Of a stretch of 64,000 nt of DNA, positions 22,890 through 34,310 are shown one piece after another (position 1 is the stretch's first letter; each line of letters opens with the position of its first letter). Both the position numbers and the translations under genes were made by a program. The notes below the pieces were generated by a model. The model saw only the letters and a list, made by a program, of their open reading frames with translations, was not told where the DNA came from and searched no databases. This stretch comes from Pelagomonas calceolata (Eukaryota), in the NCBI GenBank assembly GCA_918797485.1, contig CAKKNE010000004.1:1-64000 (forward strand), given 5' to 3'.

Positions 22890-23227
22890 CTTATTGATTT
22901 TAAAGGTCTCCTCGGGGCCTGCCGGCGCGCCGGCCGTGTCGTGTGATAAATACTAGTCTCGGCCTTCGCAGAGTAGCGCGGAGACGCCCACAAGCTCCGC
23001 CCGCGCGCGCTTGGCCGACCTTCAGGATCAAAACAGGTTTTAACCAAAACGCGTCCGAGCCGCTCCGGGGGCTATCTCTGGACCAATTCGTCGCCGCAAT
23101 ACGTACGCGTTTGCGGAGGCGACCGCTGTCGACAGAGCTAGCACCCTCGGGAGCGACTTCTCAAATTTGACCTTAAAGTTGCTGGACGTCGACCGCGTCG
23201 GCGTGCGCGTATTTCTCACGCGCAAGA

Positions 23228-23983
23228 ATGAGTGCACTTCCCGACGAGGTTCTTGTCGCTGCGAGAAATGGAGACCTTGAACGCGTCTCGGCCTGGCTCG
23301 ACGCGGGCGGGGACATCCACGCCGTCGATCGGTTGCACGAGTCTGAGACGCTTCTGATAGCAGCTACAACAACCCGTAGGGCGGACCTCGCACGCTACCT
23401 GCTGAGCCGCGGCGTGAACGTGAATCAGGCCCTCTCAGGCCGCGGAAGCGGAAAAACTGCGCTGCATGAGGCTTGCCTTCCAGAAATCGCATCAATGCAT
23501 GTCGCATCGCTGCTGCTAGCGGCGGGGGCGAATGTCAACGCAACGACTCACAGGGGATGGACTCCCCTCGGTATTTCCGTCTATCGCGAAGGGACAAGTA
23601 CGGAAATTGCGGCGTTGCTCTTGCGGGCTGGCGCGTCGTTGGATAATTGCTGCCGTAATGAATCGGCCGAGGACGTGATGCGCGAGAGAGAAGCGCGGAG
23701 GCCGTCTCTTGCAGGTGACGAAAAATGGAACGCCGTCAAAGCCATGATCGCCGGTGTCCGTGCACACGGCAGCTGGAAGGCTTACAAACGGGCGCCGCAC
23801 CGCGAAGTCCTTCGCCTGCGGAGCCTCGTCGCTCGACAACGCGCCGCGGCCATCTTCCGGGACGACGCGTCCTACGATCGACCCGCGCGCGTGGCCGCGT
23901 TCCTCTGCCGCCGAGGCGGCCTTACCTGTCCCGACAACGGAGTCGTCTGGAACATTCTCTCGTACTGGAACGCTACCGAGTAA
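23228..23983 (+). CDS. Ankyrin repeat protein
   Basis: ETLLIAA, GKTALHEAC and GWTPLGIS repeats with LL..GA.VN. Confidence 0.9.
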   Translation: MSALPDEVLVAARNGDLERVSAWLDAGGDIHAVDRLHESETLLIAATTTRRADLARYLLSRGVNVNQALSGRGSGKTALHEACLPEIASMHVASLLLAAGANVNATTHRGWTPLGISVYREGTSTEIAALLLRAGASLDNCCRNESAEDVMREREARRPSLAGDEKWNAVKAMIAGVRAHGSWKAYKRAPHREVLRLRSLVARQRAAAIFRDDASYDRPARVAAFLCRRGGLTCPDNGVVWNILSYWNATE

Positions 23984-24169
23984 GTAAGTAAGTATCGTAC
24001 CTCAATCAAAACGGGTTTCACAGGGTTATCCTGCTGATTACGCAAGCCCTCGCCCAAGCCAGGACCAAGACTGTCCTTGAAATTCATACCAACACCGGAA
24101 CAATCGGAAGTGCGAACGCCTGTGGACATAAAGAGCCTCAGGGAGCTCTGCAAAAAAAAAGCCCAAAAA

Positions 24170-25620
24170 ATGAGTCGCCTCGCGCGGCTCGCATTGATCC
24201 TCATACCACGCATCTCGACGGCATTTACCGTCCGCCACACGCGCACGAACCTCACCTGGACTGAAATATGTAGGTTGGAACGACAGCGAGCCGTCCACGG
24301 CCGCGTCGTCGCGGCCGCGGCGCCGCTCGGCGCCTGCGAGCCCCCGGCGCCGCCGGTGCCGCCCGACACGAAGCCCCTGGCGCAGCTCCTCGCCGCGGCG
24401 ACGCCCGCCGCGGCGCAAGCCGTCGTCGCGGCCGCCGCGCGGCGCTTCGAGGCGACTCTAAGAGCGAGAGGCGTCGTCTGCGGCCCGCCCGAGCCGGGCG
24501 CGCGCCACCACCGCTCCCACGGCTGCGTCGCGAAACCGGTCCCGTGCCGTGCCTGCGCCGGCGAGCCCGCGGACACGGGCCCTTGCGCCTATGCCCATTT
24601 TGAAGATGACGCCTCCCGCGCCGCCGCGGCGCGCCTCGCCGGCGCGCGCCTCTGCGTCCGCGTCTGCGTCGACCCCCAGGTCCTCGCGCGCGCCGCCGCC
24701 GCCGACAAGAAAAAGGACCAGGAGCTAGAGACGTCGCGCTGCACGACGTTCCACCTGCTCCCGCTCGCCGCGCTCCAGGCCTCAAAGGCCGCCATCAAGC
24801 GCGTCTTCCGCTCCAGGGTCGAGGTCTCGGCCCTCCTGAACGGGACGCAGACCGACGGCTTCCCGGACGACGCGTCGTTGCCCGCGTCCTGAGATCGTCA
24901 TGCCCCGCTACGCCGTCGAGCCTGTCACGGGGATACCATCGCGTCGACGGCGTGGAATCACCACGCCATCGAGGAGACGCAGCTACGGGGACGGCGTCGC
25001 GTCGATGGCGTTGATTTCCACCCAGGTCCCTGCCGAAGCCGCGCGCCCACGAGCGCTGCGCCGTCGTCGGCTCGGGCCACCACCTGCGCTGCGCCGGCTG
25101 GGGCGCCGTGATTGATTCGTACGACGCGGTCTTCCGCACGAACGCGGCGCAGGGGTCCGAGGACGTGAGACAAAGGCACGCCTGCGGCATGGGCGCGCGG
25201 ACGGACTACCACGTGCACCCGGACCTCGGCAAGGTCAAGAAAGAAGCGCGCGAGGCCGCGCGCCGCGCGACGCCGGCCGCGCGCCTCGTCGCGAAGCACC
25301 TCCAGGAGTGGCGCGAAATTACAAGGAGGGGCCTGCCCGCCCACCTCGCGACGGACGCGGCGCTCCGCCACGAGGGCCACGGCGGCTCGGGCATGGGCTC
25401 GGGCTCGACGACGCTCGCGCTCGCCGCGGCGCTGTGCGACTCGGTGGACGCGTACGGCTTCGGCGCCTACCGCGGCCGCGGCGGCGCCTTCGCCTACATC
25501 CACTTCTACGACGAGGAGCCGTGGCTCGGCGACGCCAAGGGCGGCGAGCTCGTCTTCGCGGCCGAGCTGCGGAACGCGCTCTTCGACGCGCTCGGGGTGT
25601 TCCGGTGGGTGTGGTGGTAA
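24170..25620 (+). CDS. GT29 sialyltransferase-like protein (2 exons)
   Basis: After splicing: sialylmotif L CAVVGSGHHLRCAGWGAVIDSYDAVFRTN, motif S SGSTTLALAAALCDSVDAYGF, motif III HFYD. Confidence 0.8.
24874..25025 (+). mobile_element. Introner intron (partly decayed)
   Basis: 3' TIR TTGATTTCCACCCAG; TSD-like GTCGTTGC/GTCCCTGC; alternative in-phase donor at 24886; 58-bp internal module. Confidence 0.8.
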
Positions 25621-25792
25621 GTATCTGTGGCGAACTCGTCTAGATTTTTGTTCGACATACGGATCGTGGGCCGAGGTAGGGCGAGCCGCGGACTCGGCAC
25701 CCTGGCTTGTCATCGGAAGCCAAATTTCATTTGGCTGCCCGCGCGCCGTCCACGGGCCACCGAAGAACCGGGGCTGCCACTGCGGCGCAACT

Positions 25793-26251
25793 TTGCTGCC
25801 GCATACGCTCTTCGTGCTGTTTCTGTGCACTTTGCTGCCGTATACGCGGCACAGGCCCACAAGCACCCACGACCTCATTGCCATGAAGGGCGGCGGCAAG
25901 GGCAAGAAAGCCAGAGAGGCCAGGTCGCGCCGCTTGAAACGGCCGACTTACGGCGATAAAGTCCCCCGTGAAGATAGATCGTGGAACGGCACCCTCTTCG
26001 GGCCGCCGCGCCGCGTCCGCCGCAACCCCCGCCGCCACTGCCGCTCGACCGCAACGGTCAGAGGCATGGATAGGCACGTCGCGCGCATGAGGGGAACGGG
26101 AGAAGCCCCCCAAGTGCTCGAAACCGTCAATGAGGAGGACGACGACGACGACACGGAGGTGGCCGTACTGCCGCCGGACGACCACGACACGTGGGGCTCG
26201 CACGGCGGCGACGAGCCGGGCTCGGGCTCGCCCCCTGGCATCACGGCGTAG
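25793..26251 (+). CDS. Small hypothetical protein or fragment
   Basis: ORF with basic then acidic segments; start uncertain (TTG 25793 or ATG ~25883). Confidence 0.3.
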   Translation: MLPHTLFVLFLCTLLPYTRHRPTSTHDLIAMKGGGKGKKAREARSRRLKRPTYGDKVPREDRSWNGTLFGPPRRVRRNPRRHCRSTATVRGMDRHVARMRGTGEAPQVLETVNEEDDDDDTEVAVLPPDDHDTWGSHGGDEPGSGSPPGITA

Positions 26252-26446
26252 ACGCCATTTCCCTCCTCCTCCACTCCCCCGACTAACATCCCCAACTAAT
26301 CCGGCGCGCTACCGGGACGCGCCCGAGAGAGAGAGAGTCGCTTATTGAGCCGGAAGAACTCGGATAGGGGTCTACTGAAATTGTCTGTTAGGACGCCCGG
26401 CCCGCGCCGCGCCCGCGGCGGGCTCGTCGTCTATAGGCCCTCTCTC

Positions 26447-27691
26447 TCAGCGGCCGCCGCCGGGCCGCGTCGCCGAGGCCGCCGTCGTCGGCGGCGCGCT
26501 GTCGTCGACGGCGGCGGCGGTCCGGCGCGGTGCGGCCGCGGCCGGCGGCGGCGCCGCGCCGCGCGGCCGGTCCGCCGCCGGCGCCGAGGAGCCCGTCTGC
26601 GCGCGGCGGCCCGTGCGCGGGTCCGAGTCGCCGCGCTTGGCCTCGTCGAGCGGCAGCGGCGGCGCGGCGCCCGCCGCCGCGCGCGCCTTGTCGCGCTCGC
26701 GCTCCTTCGCGGCCGCGTCCTCGGGCGGCCGCGCCGCGCCCGGCGCGGGCCCCGGCGCCGCCGGCGCCGGCGCGCGGTCCGGACCGAGGCGGCTGCGTTC
26801 CTGCTGCATGTTCTGCACGGTCCAGTCGTACATGTTGTCGTACTGGAAGCCCTTGCGGTAGAAGAGCTCCTTGAAGAGGCGCTTGAGGTAGGCGTAGTCC
26901 GGCCGGTCCTCGAATCTAAGCGAGCGGCAGTACTCGAAGTAGGACCGGAACTCGGCCGGGAAGCCCTTGCAGAGACTTTCGGTGGAGGTCGACATCTTGC
27001 GGTCCATGATGCGCTCGTACTTCAGCTTCTTCGTGTTCGCCTTGAGCCCCTGCCAGGGCAGCGAGCCCCGGATCAAGTACATGAGCACATAACCCAAGGA
27101 CTCCAAGTCGTCCCGACGACTCTGCTCGATCCCAATGTGCGTGTTGATCGACGCGTAGCGCGCCGTCCCCGTCAGGTTCTTGTTCTCGCGGTACGGGATG
27201 TGCTGGTGGCTCCGCGGGTCCCGGTACTTTTTCGCGAGGCCAAAATCGATGACGTGGATCACGTGCTGCCGCTTGCCCAGCCCAATCAAAAAGTTGTCCG
27301 GCTTCACGTCGCGGTGGATGAAGCTCTTCGTGTGGACGTACTCGAGGCGCGACACGAGCTGGTCCGCGAGCATCAATACCGTTTTGAGGTTGAACTTCCG
27401 TCCGCAGTAGTTGAACAGATCTTCCAGTGAAGGTCCCAACAAGTCCATGACCATCACATTATAATCGCCCTCGACGCCGTACCATCGTACGTTACTGACA
27501 CCAACCCCGCCATGCAAAATGCGGTAGATCTTCGACTCGTAGAGTAGCTGGGGGTGCTTCGACTTGACGCTCTCGAGCTTGATGGCGACCTCCTCGCCGC
27601 TCGTCAAATTGGTACCCAGATAAATGTCCCCGAAGGACCCCGAGCCGATCTTGCGGCCGAGGCGGTACTTCTTGCCGACGCGGAGCTCCAT
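26447..27691 (-). CDS. CK1: Casein kinase I (delta/epsilon-like)
   Basis: [53 protein letters not shown]. Confidence 0.98.
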   Translation of the reverse strand: MELRVGKKYRLGRKIGSGSFGDIYLGTNLTSGEEVAIKLESVKSKHPQLLYESKIYRILHGGVGVSNVRWYGVEGDYNVMVMDLLGPSLEDLFNYCGRKFNLKTVLMLADQLVSRLEYVHTKSFIHRDVKPDNFLIGLGKRQHVIHVIDFGLAKKYRDPRSHQHIPYRENKNLTGTARYASINTHIGIEQSRRDDLESLGYVLMYLIRGSLPWQGLKANTKKLKYERIMDRKMSTSTESLCKGFPAEFRSYFEYCRSLRFEDRPDYAYLKRLFKELFYRKGFQYDNMYDWTVQNMQQERSRLGPDRAPAPAAPGPAPGAARPPEDAAAKERERDKARAAAGAAPPLPLDEAKRGDSDPRTGRRAQTGSSAPAADRPRGAAPPPAAAAPRRTAAAVDDSAPPTTAASATRPGGGR

Positions 27692-28278
27692 CGCCCCCGG
27701 CTACGCGTCCGCCGGGCGCCGGGCGCTTGTTTAGAAGCGGTCCGGGGCCTCGCCGGGCGCCCGCCGCGCGCCTCCGAGTCTGCGGCGAGCTTGGGTTGTT
27801 AGGCCTTGGGGGGCCAGCCGGGCTCCCTTGGGCACCGCGCGAAGCTTTGGCTATTTTCCGTGAGCGTGCTTAGCGCTCCAGCGCAGCGCAACTGCTCGGG
27901 TCGCCTCCGCCTATTCAGCCGCGACCGCTGCGCCGCGCCGCCCTTGCCAAGCAGCACCCGCCCCGGGCGGCCACGGACGCGTCGCAGCGCGAACGAGGCA
28001 TCCCTCCTCGGAGAAGTAGGCCTCGTTACACGGGTCTTGTTTCACGCTTTTTCGGAGACGACGAGCGCTGCAACAATCGAGAGAGTGCGAGCTTTTGCGC
28101 CGCGCTCGCGTCGTCCCGAAGCGCCAGCGACGCGTGGGAGGAGCTCTACTAAAGCGTACAACCGGTACAAAAGCGCAGCGGGACCGGGAGAGCCCGTTCG
28201 CTTAGCTCAGGAGTGTGCTTGACAGAGTGGCTGCAGAGCGGCGCCGCGACGCCGATCAATAATCGAACGCGTCGCACG

Positions 28279-29332
28279 ATGCGCGCGGCCGCGCTGCTCG
28301 CCGTAGCGACAACAACGACGACGACCGCCATCGACTGGGCCGCGCCCGGCGCGTCGCGCGCGACGCTCGCGACGCTCGAGGGCTACCCGCCGCCCACGTG
28401 CACCTGCGCCGCGACGCTCGAGGGGTCGGTGGACGATGTGGTGGATGCGCTCCTCGACCCGGGCACGCACCACACGTGGGTGAGCCGCCTCGACGAGAGC
28501 GTCGTGTTGGCCAAGGACGGCGCCGAGCTCGTCGCCGACGCGGACGACGCCCAGGTCGTCTACTACCGCTTCGCGCTGCCCTTCCCCTGCTGGGACCGCC
28601 AGGTCTCGGCGGCGCTGTATTGTGATAGGACCGAGGGCGGCGGCGCGCGCGTCGAGCTGCGCCGCGTGTCGCTGCCGCCGCCGTCCGAGAAGCCGCAAAG
28701 TTGGCGGCGCAAACCCAAGAAGCGGGGCGACCGCGTCGTCGGCTGGACGACGGCGGCCGCGGAGCGGTTCGGCCCCGCGTGGAGAATTATTGCGCGGTCA
28801 CGGGGACGACGTCGCATCGATGGCGCGGAAACTCCACGCCATCGAGCAGACGCCGCTACGGAGACAAGTCTGAAATTTGATTTCCAAACACAGGTTCGTC
28901 CTCTGGGCGCCGCCGGTGCTGCGGAACAAGGTCTCGCGCGTGCGGCCGAACGTCGAGAAGCAGCACGGCGTCGTGCGCTCGGACTGCGTGACGCTGCCGG
29001 CCTTCCGCGTGACCTACGCGCTCCAGCCGCGCGGCGCGGACCGGACGCGCGTCGAGCTGACGCTCGGCGCGGACCCGGGCATCCCCTGCCCGCCGTGGCT
29101 CATCCGGTGGGGCCTCGGCCACGCGGACCGCACGCTCGAGGCGCTCGAGGCGACGGTCACGGCGCGGGCCGCCGAGAAGGCGCTGCGCCGCGGCAAGGGG
29201 CGGCCGGCGGCGGCGCGGGACCCGTCCGTCGTCCTGCTATCGAAACGGCGGCCGGCGCGGCCGTGGCGCGCGAATCCCTTCCGGAAGCGGCCGCCGCCGA
29301 TGACTCCGGCGGCGTTCAATTTTCGGCCGTAG
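28279..29332 (+). CDS. START/SRPBCC lipid-binding domain protein (2 exons: 28279-28766, 28894-29332)
   Basis: YYRFALPFPCWDRQV and TRVELTLGADPGIPCPPW motifs; joined by introner removal. Confidence 0.75.
28767..28893 (+). mobile_element. Introner intron
   Basis: TSD GTTCGGCC/GTTCGTCC (7/8); left TIR CCGCGTGGAGAAT, right TIR TTGATTTCCAAACACAG; phase 2. Confidence 0.9.
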
Positions 29333-29418
29333 TAATGGGGTCTTTTTTTGTAGTTTGGTAGCCGTTCGTTGTGTCCCACTAGTTGTAGTAGACAACTTCA
29401 CATTACAGTACGACGCCC

Positions 29419-31673
29419 TCACGGAGACGCAGCTCGACTCGGGGAGCGTCCACTACTCGACCGATTGGCGCTCGTGCTGGGCCACCGCAACGCGCCTCCG
29501 AACGCGGCGGACCTCGACGGCCACTCACTGTGGTGCCCGCAAAACACCATAATGCTCGGCTTCAGGGCCCCGTGGCCGAGTCCGACTTTCCCCCGTCCTC
29601 CGCGGACCACCGGGTAGCACTCCTCGGCGGGGCACCAGAAGACGACGTGCGCGGCTTCGACGCGGGGGATCACGAGGCACGACTTCATCTGGTCCTGGGG
29701 CGCGGGCGTGGCGTTTCCCGCGACGCCGGCGGCGACGCCGGCGGCGTAGTACCGCGTCCGTCCCGGCGGGTGCAGCGTCGAGCACAGGAAGCAGCCCGCG
29801 TACTTCGACGACACGCGTAATCCGACGTCGGCCGCGCGGATGGGCCTGTGTGGAAATCAAAATTTTACGGCGCGTTCGTGCTGAATCGTCGCGTCGTCCT
29901 CCACGCCATCGACGCGGCGCCTGCTCGATGGCGTGGCGATGCCGGTTCCTCACCGCTCGACGGAGCCAGCACGGCAGCGTCATCGCCGAGAAATGACTTA
30001 GTGAAGAATTGTCGTGCACCCGACGCATTGGTTGATTTCCACACAGGGATGGGCAGTTCCGAAAACGCGGGCCAGGCGGGGTAGCGCTCGACGCCCCGCG
30101 GCGCGCGGCGGCAGCGTTGCACGGGCGTCCCGCCGCCGGAGGGACACTTCGGCGTCGCGGTGCTCGAGTAGCGGTATTCCTCGTCGCAGCGCTTCGGGTC
30201 GCGGCACCCGTGCATGCCCCAGCCCGCGCAGCCGTCCCCGTCCAGCGCCGGGCCCCACAACAACTCACTAAAATCGAGGCGCGCCCACCGCGGCGTCGCC
30301 GGCAGGCGCATGTCCGTCGCGAAGACCGTGAAGTTGAAGGGCGTCCAGGTGAGGCCGTCCAGGCGAAGACTGCAGGCCGCCTTGCCCTTGCGCGTCTCGG
30401 GCCCGCGGAGGGACCGCCCCGGGGCGCAGAGCACGGCCAGGTCCTCGAGGCGGGGCGGCGAGGACGCGAGGGGCGACCAGCCAAAAAAGCTCGCGGCGAG
30501 CCGCGGCGCGTGAAAATGGTGGCTGGCGCGCGGCGGCGGCGCTGGCGCTTGAAAATGGTCGACGGACTCGCATCGCGACGCGTGCATCGCGTCGAAGGCG
30601 GGGAGCAGCTGCCAGATCACGAGATCTGCGAACGCGGCATTTTGGAGCGACGTTGGGTGACTCGTGAGCCAGTCCATGAAGGCGGCCGGGTGGCAGGCGC
30701 GCCGCTCGGGCGTCTTCCGACAGAACGCCGGCAAGGACATGGTCACGACGGCCGTGCCCGGCCAGCGCTGCGCGGCCTCGACGAGGACCCCGCGGTAGCC
30801 GGCCGGCACGCGCGCCTGCCATCCGTCCACGTCCTCCCCGGCGCATGCTCCTTTTAGGCCGAGCAAGTCGTCCTGCCAGAACACGGCCACGACGGCGGCG
30901 AGGCGCGGAAACTCCGCCTGCGCGCGCGCCAGGAACCAGAGGAACGTCTTCTGCGCGTCGCGCGCCGACCCGCGGACGTGCGCCATGTCGTTCACGCCGT
31001 GGTCCCACAGCAAGACGTCGACGCACCTATCGAGCGCGCGCCCGAGCGCCCAGGTCGCCTCCGCCGTCGTGAGCCCGCCCTTGGCGCCGTTGACGAGCGT
31101 CGCGTGTTTTCCGGACCCCCAGAACACGGGGCAGACGCGTCGCGGCTCGAGCCGGTTCTCGCAAATACGGTCCAGGGGCCAGCTCTGGTTGTGCCACTGC
31201 GCGCCGTCGTCGTCCCAGCGCGCCGCCGTCGCGCGAAACGACGGTGGTGAACTCAGCCACGGCGGCGGGTCTTTGCGGACGCAGCGCTCCCAGGCTTTTT
31301 GTGGAGGCACGGGCCCCGGCGGCGCCGAGACGTTCGTCGGACCAGCGCCGCGCGCGCGACCGAGGACGTCGTCGACCCAGCGTGTCAAATTTGTGGCCCA
31401 GCCGCCCTCGTCCGTGCCGACGGCGTGCGAGCCGCCCGTCAACCCGAACCGCAGGGGCTGGTTGTTGTTCAAGGCGTCGGCTATGCGCGCCGCCAGTGCT
31501 TCTTGATTATGCGAGAAGATGGACGTGGCGTTGAGGCGCGCGCGGCCGTAGCGCGTCGCGAGCGTCGCGCGCGACTCGTCGACGGCCGCCTTGAGGCGGT
31601 CGCACCACAGCGGTCTGGTCGTCGCCGCATCGGTGGTGTGCAGTGCTGCCAGCAGCACGAGGGCTGCCCTCAT
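29419..31673 (-). CDS. Secreted SGNH-hydrolase-like protein (2 exons: 31673-30055, 29845-29419)
   Basis: Signal peptide; GGSHAVG, NGAKGG, DHGVND and SHP blocks; frame restored by introner removal (EL|PIRAAD). Confidence 0.7.
29846..30054 (-). mobile_element. Intact introner (201-bp element 29846-30046 plus one TSD copy = 209-bp GC-AG intron)
   Basis: Perfect 15-bp TIR CTGTGTGGAAATCAA/TTGATTTCCACACAG; perfect 8-bp TSD GGATGGGC at 29838-29845 and 30047-30054. Confidence 0.97.
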
Positions 31674-31740
31674 TTTGCTAACCGAGCATGATGTGTAGGC
31701 TGCCCCGCAGTTCAATGCAGCTTGGCTGCTGCTTGAGGAT

Positions 31741-31764
31741 CCTAGTGTCTTACAGGCCGCTAGC
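31741..31764 (+). promoter_or_regulatory. CTAG-bounded element, copy 4
   Basis: CCTAGTGTCTTACAGGCCGCTAGC, 68 bp from ATG 31673(-). Confidence 0.7.
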
Positions 31765-31855
31765 CGCGGGAATAAGTCTCCTCTCTCTCTCGGGATTTCC
31801 TAAACGCGCGGGCCGTAGTCATGGGGTATTTTTTTGTACTAGATTTATTTTACAT

Positions 31856-33435
31856 TCACAACGAACCGCCTCGCGCAATCAGCTTCCGGGCGCGCTTTGC
31901 GGTACCCTGCGCGGTATACGCCTGGCCGAGCGCGATGCTGCGGTCTCGGTCGCAGAGGACCTGATAGCCTGTGTGGAAATAAAATTTCGGACGCCCCACG
32001 GCATCGACGCGACGTCGTCCCCGTAACTGCATCTGCTCGATGGCGTACCCTAACTCACTGCTTGATCTCCACACAGCTGGTAGCAGAGCCGGGCGAGGCC
32101 GGTCTTGCGCTGAGCTCGCTCGTCCCAGTCGCCGCCACGTGCCTTTGCGGAGGCGCTCCAGTCTCGGCCCACGTCGCAGGACGCCGGCACGGGTCCGTCG
32201 TAGGCCGCCAGCTCCGAGCGCGTCAGGAGCCCGTCGACAGGATTCCTATCGGCCTCAGCGATGAGCCGCAGCGCCGCGTCGAGGGCGCACTGGCCCCAGC
32301 CGCAGGGAAATCCGTTGATCTTCGAGACGAAGGGATTGGACGTGCCGTGCGCCTCCGGAAAGAGCGGCTCCGCGGCGGCGCATTGCGACGCCGCGACGAG
32401 GAGACCCGACACGTGGTCCGACAGCCCGTGTAAGTAGCTTTCGCCGCGGGGCAGCAGCGTGTGGTGGTGCTTCTTCGAAACGTATCGTCCGTCGAGCGTT
32501 TTTATCGTCTCGGCGACGGCGCTGGCGTAGGCGTCGAATCCTTTGAGGAGCGTCGTCTCGACGGCGTCGCCCGTGGCGATTATCGTCGCGTCGGCGAAGC
32601 CGTAGACCGGGTGCGCGTCGTGATGGTGGCGGCAGGTGTCGAGGCCGAGGCGCGCCGCCATCGAGGAGGCGACCGCGTCGACTGCATTCGACTCGGCCCG
32701 ACACCGCGGCTGCCAGGGGAAGGGGGTGGGACCCAGTCGCGTCACGCCACAGGGGGGCAAGCGGTCGACGGGGAACGGCCGGACGACGAGCGTCGTCGCG
32801 TGCGAGAAGAGCCAGAGGTCCGGGAAGGAGCCGGCCGCGGCGACGATGGCGCGCGCGCCGTTCGCATACGCCGAGAGCTCGTGCGTCGTCGTGCCATTCG
32901 CAAGCAGCAGCCGGTCGGGCCGTTTGATCAAAGCCCGAAGGGTCCGCACGAAGTCGCGCGCCGACGTGTCGTCGGCCCGCTCGGCGGCGCCCTGGTCGAC
33001 CACACACGTCCAGGCGTCCCCGTAGAAGCGGAGCCGCGAGAGCACGGCCTCGCGGGCCACGTGCGGGTAGGACCGGTAGTGCGCCAGGACGAACGCGTGC
33101 GACAGCCCGGTTCTCCGCTCCTGGAAGCGGGCGGCGGCGGCGCGCGCCTCCGGATCGGTCGCTAGTCGATCGGCCGGCGCGTGGTCGACGACGGCGTAGC
33201 GCCCATATTCATTGGTCTCCGGCGCGTAGAAGCCGCCGCCGCATGCTGTCCGCACGGCGGCGACGGCCGGCCCTGAAACATTGCGCGACCACTCGTTGTG
33301 AAGCGACTCTCGGACATCGAGGTAGCTCAGCCGCTCACCGTCGCCGATTGAGAGGAGGGCTTCCACCGCTTCTGGTGCGAGGGCCGTCGCGGCTCTAAGT
33401 GCACCGAGCAGCAGTAGGCATCGCATTGCAGTCAT
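31856..33435 (-). CDS. Hypothetical secreted protein (2 exons: 33435-32085, 31968-31856)
   Basis: Signal peptide MRCLLLLGALRAATA; last exon joined by introner removal (RLC|YQVLC). Confidence 0.7.
31969..32084 (-). mobile_element. Introner (108-bp element plus TSD = 116-bp GC-AG intron)
   Basis: TIRs CTGTGTGGAAATAAA / TTGATCTCCACACAG; TSD CTGATAGC/CTGGTAGC (7/8). Confidence 0.95.
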
Positions 33436-33638
33436 GCCGTCACCGCATTGCAACCACTAAGCGCCTAGGACAATAGAGAGAGCATGGAGAGCATGGGCAG
33501 CCCCGATAAAAAACAACCAATACAGATCGGTGCAGTTGATCTGAAGAGCCAAAACGTGCGCACGGCTGGTGTTTGCAGCCAAAGAGATGGAATGGCAGCA
33601 CTGCGTGGCTGCAATAACACCATGAGCCGCCCCCGGCT

Positions 33639-33671
33639 GCTTGCTTGCTAGTGTCTTAACAGGCCGCTAGC
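33639..33671 (+). promoter_or_regulatory. CTAG-bounded element, copy 5
   Basis: GCTTGCTTGCTAGTGTCTTAACAGGCCGCTAGC. Confidence 0.7.
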
Positions 33672-33992
33672 GCGGATTTCCTAACTCGGCCCTTGAAGCC
33701 GCGCGCCCGGGGCGGTACTCCCCCAAGCGGACTGCGCGGCGCGTGTTCGGCGGTGCGCACCCGATGACAAATGATTGAGCTCCAGCTGCGGTAGCGCGAG
33801 CCGCGCTCCGCGCCCGCGAGACGCCGTCGCCATCAGGGAGTGTGTAAAGTAGCAACATGGCGATTCTCTGGACAGGGCTCGCCCGCATACGCGTCGCGAT
33901 CTAAGATAACCCGTTTTGCTTGTATTTTTTTAGGCCCAAAAAAAAATCGTCCACGCCGCCACGCGAATCACACAAACGCCTCGCAATCAGAA

Positions 33993-34310
33993 ATGATCCT
34001 CACAACATGCCCCGCCTGCGCCGCCCCACTGGCCCACAACGCCCCGCGATGCGTTAGATGTAAACTGAGGTACTGCAACAAAACTTGCCAGCATGACCAC
34101 TGGCGCCGCGGCCACAAGCAGATGGGCAAGAAAATACACCTTGGCGGCAACGCAGAGCAATACCACGCCGACGAAAAATACAAGGAGGCCGTCGCGGTCG
34201 CGGTCGAGGCGTGCGCCGACGATGCGCGAGCTCCAGATCAAGATGTTCACGTCCCGAGCGTGGTCGGCCCAAAGTACCCTCCTCGTGGTGTAGATGTCAT
34301 TTACTTGTAG
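33993..34310 (+). pseudogene. MYND zinc-finger gene 5' fragment
   Basis: CPACAA...CVRC..YC...CQ..HW..GHKQMG (last Cys replaced by Gly); coding-like sequence ends at ~34223, then a stop at 34310. Confidence 0.75.

Noticed and set aside
32047..32056. ACCCTAAC as an interstitial telomere or telomerase RNA template
   Set aside because: Single short match inside an introner with no supporting context
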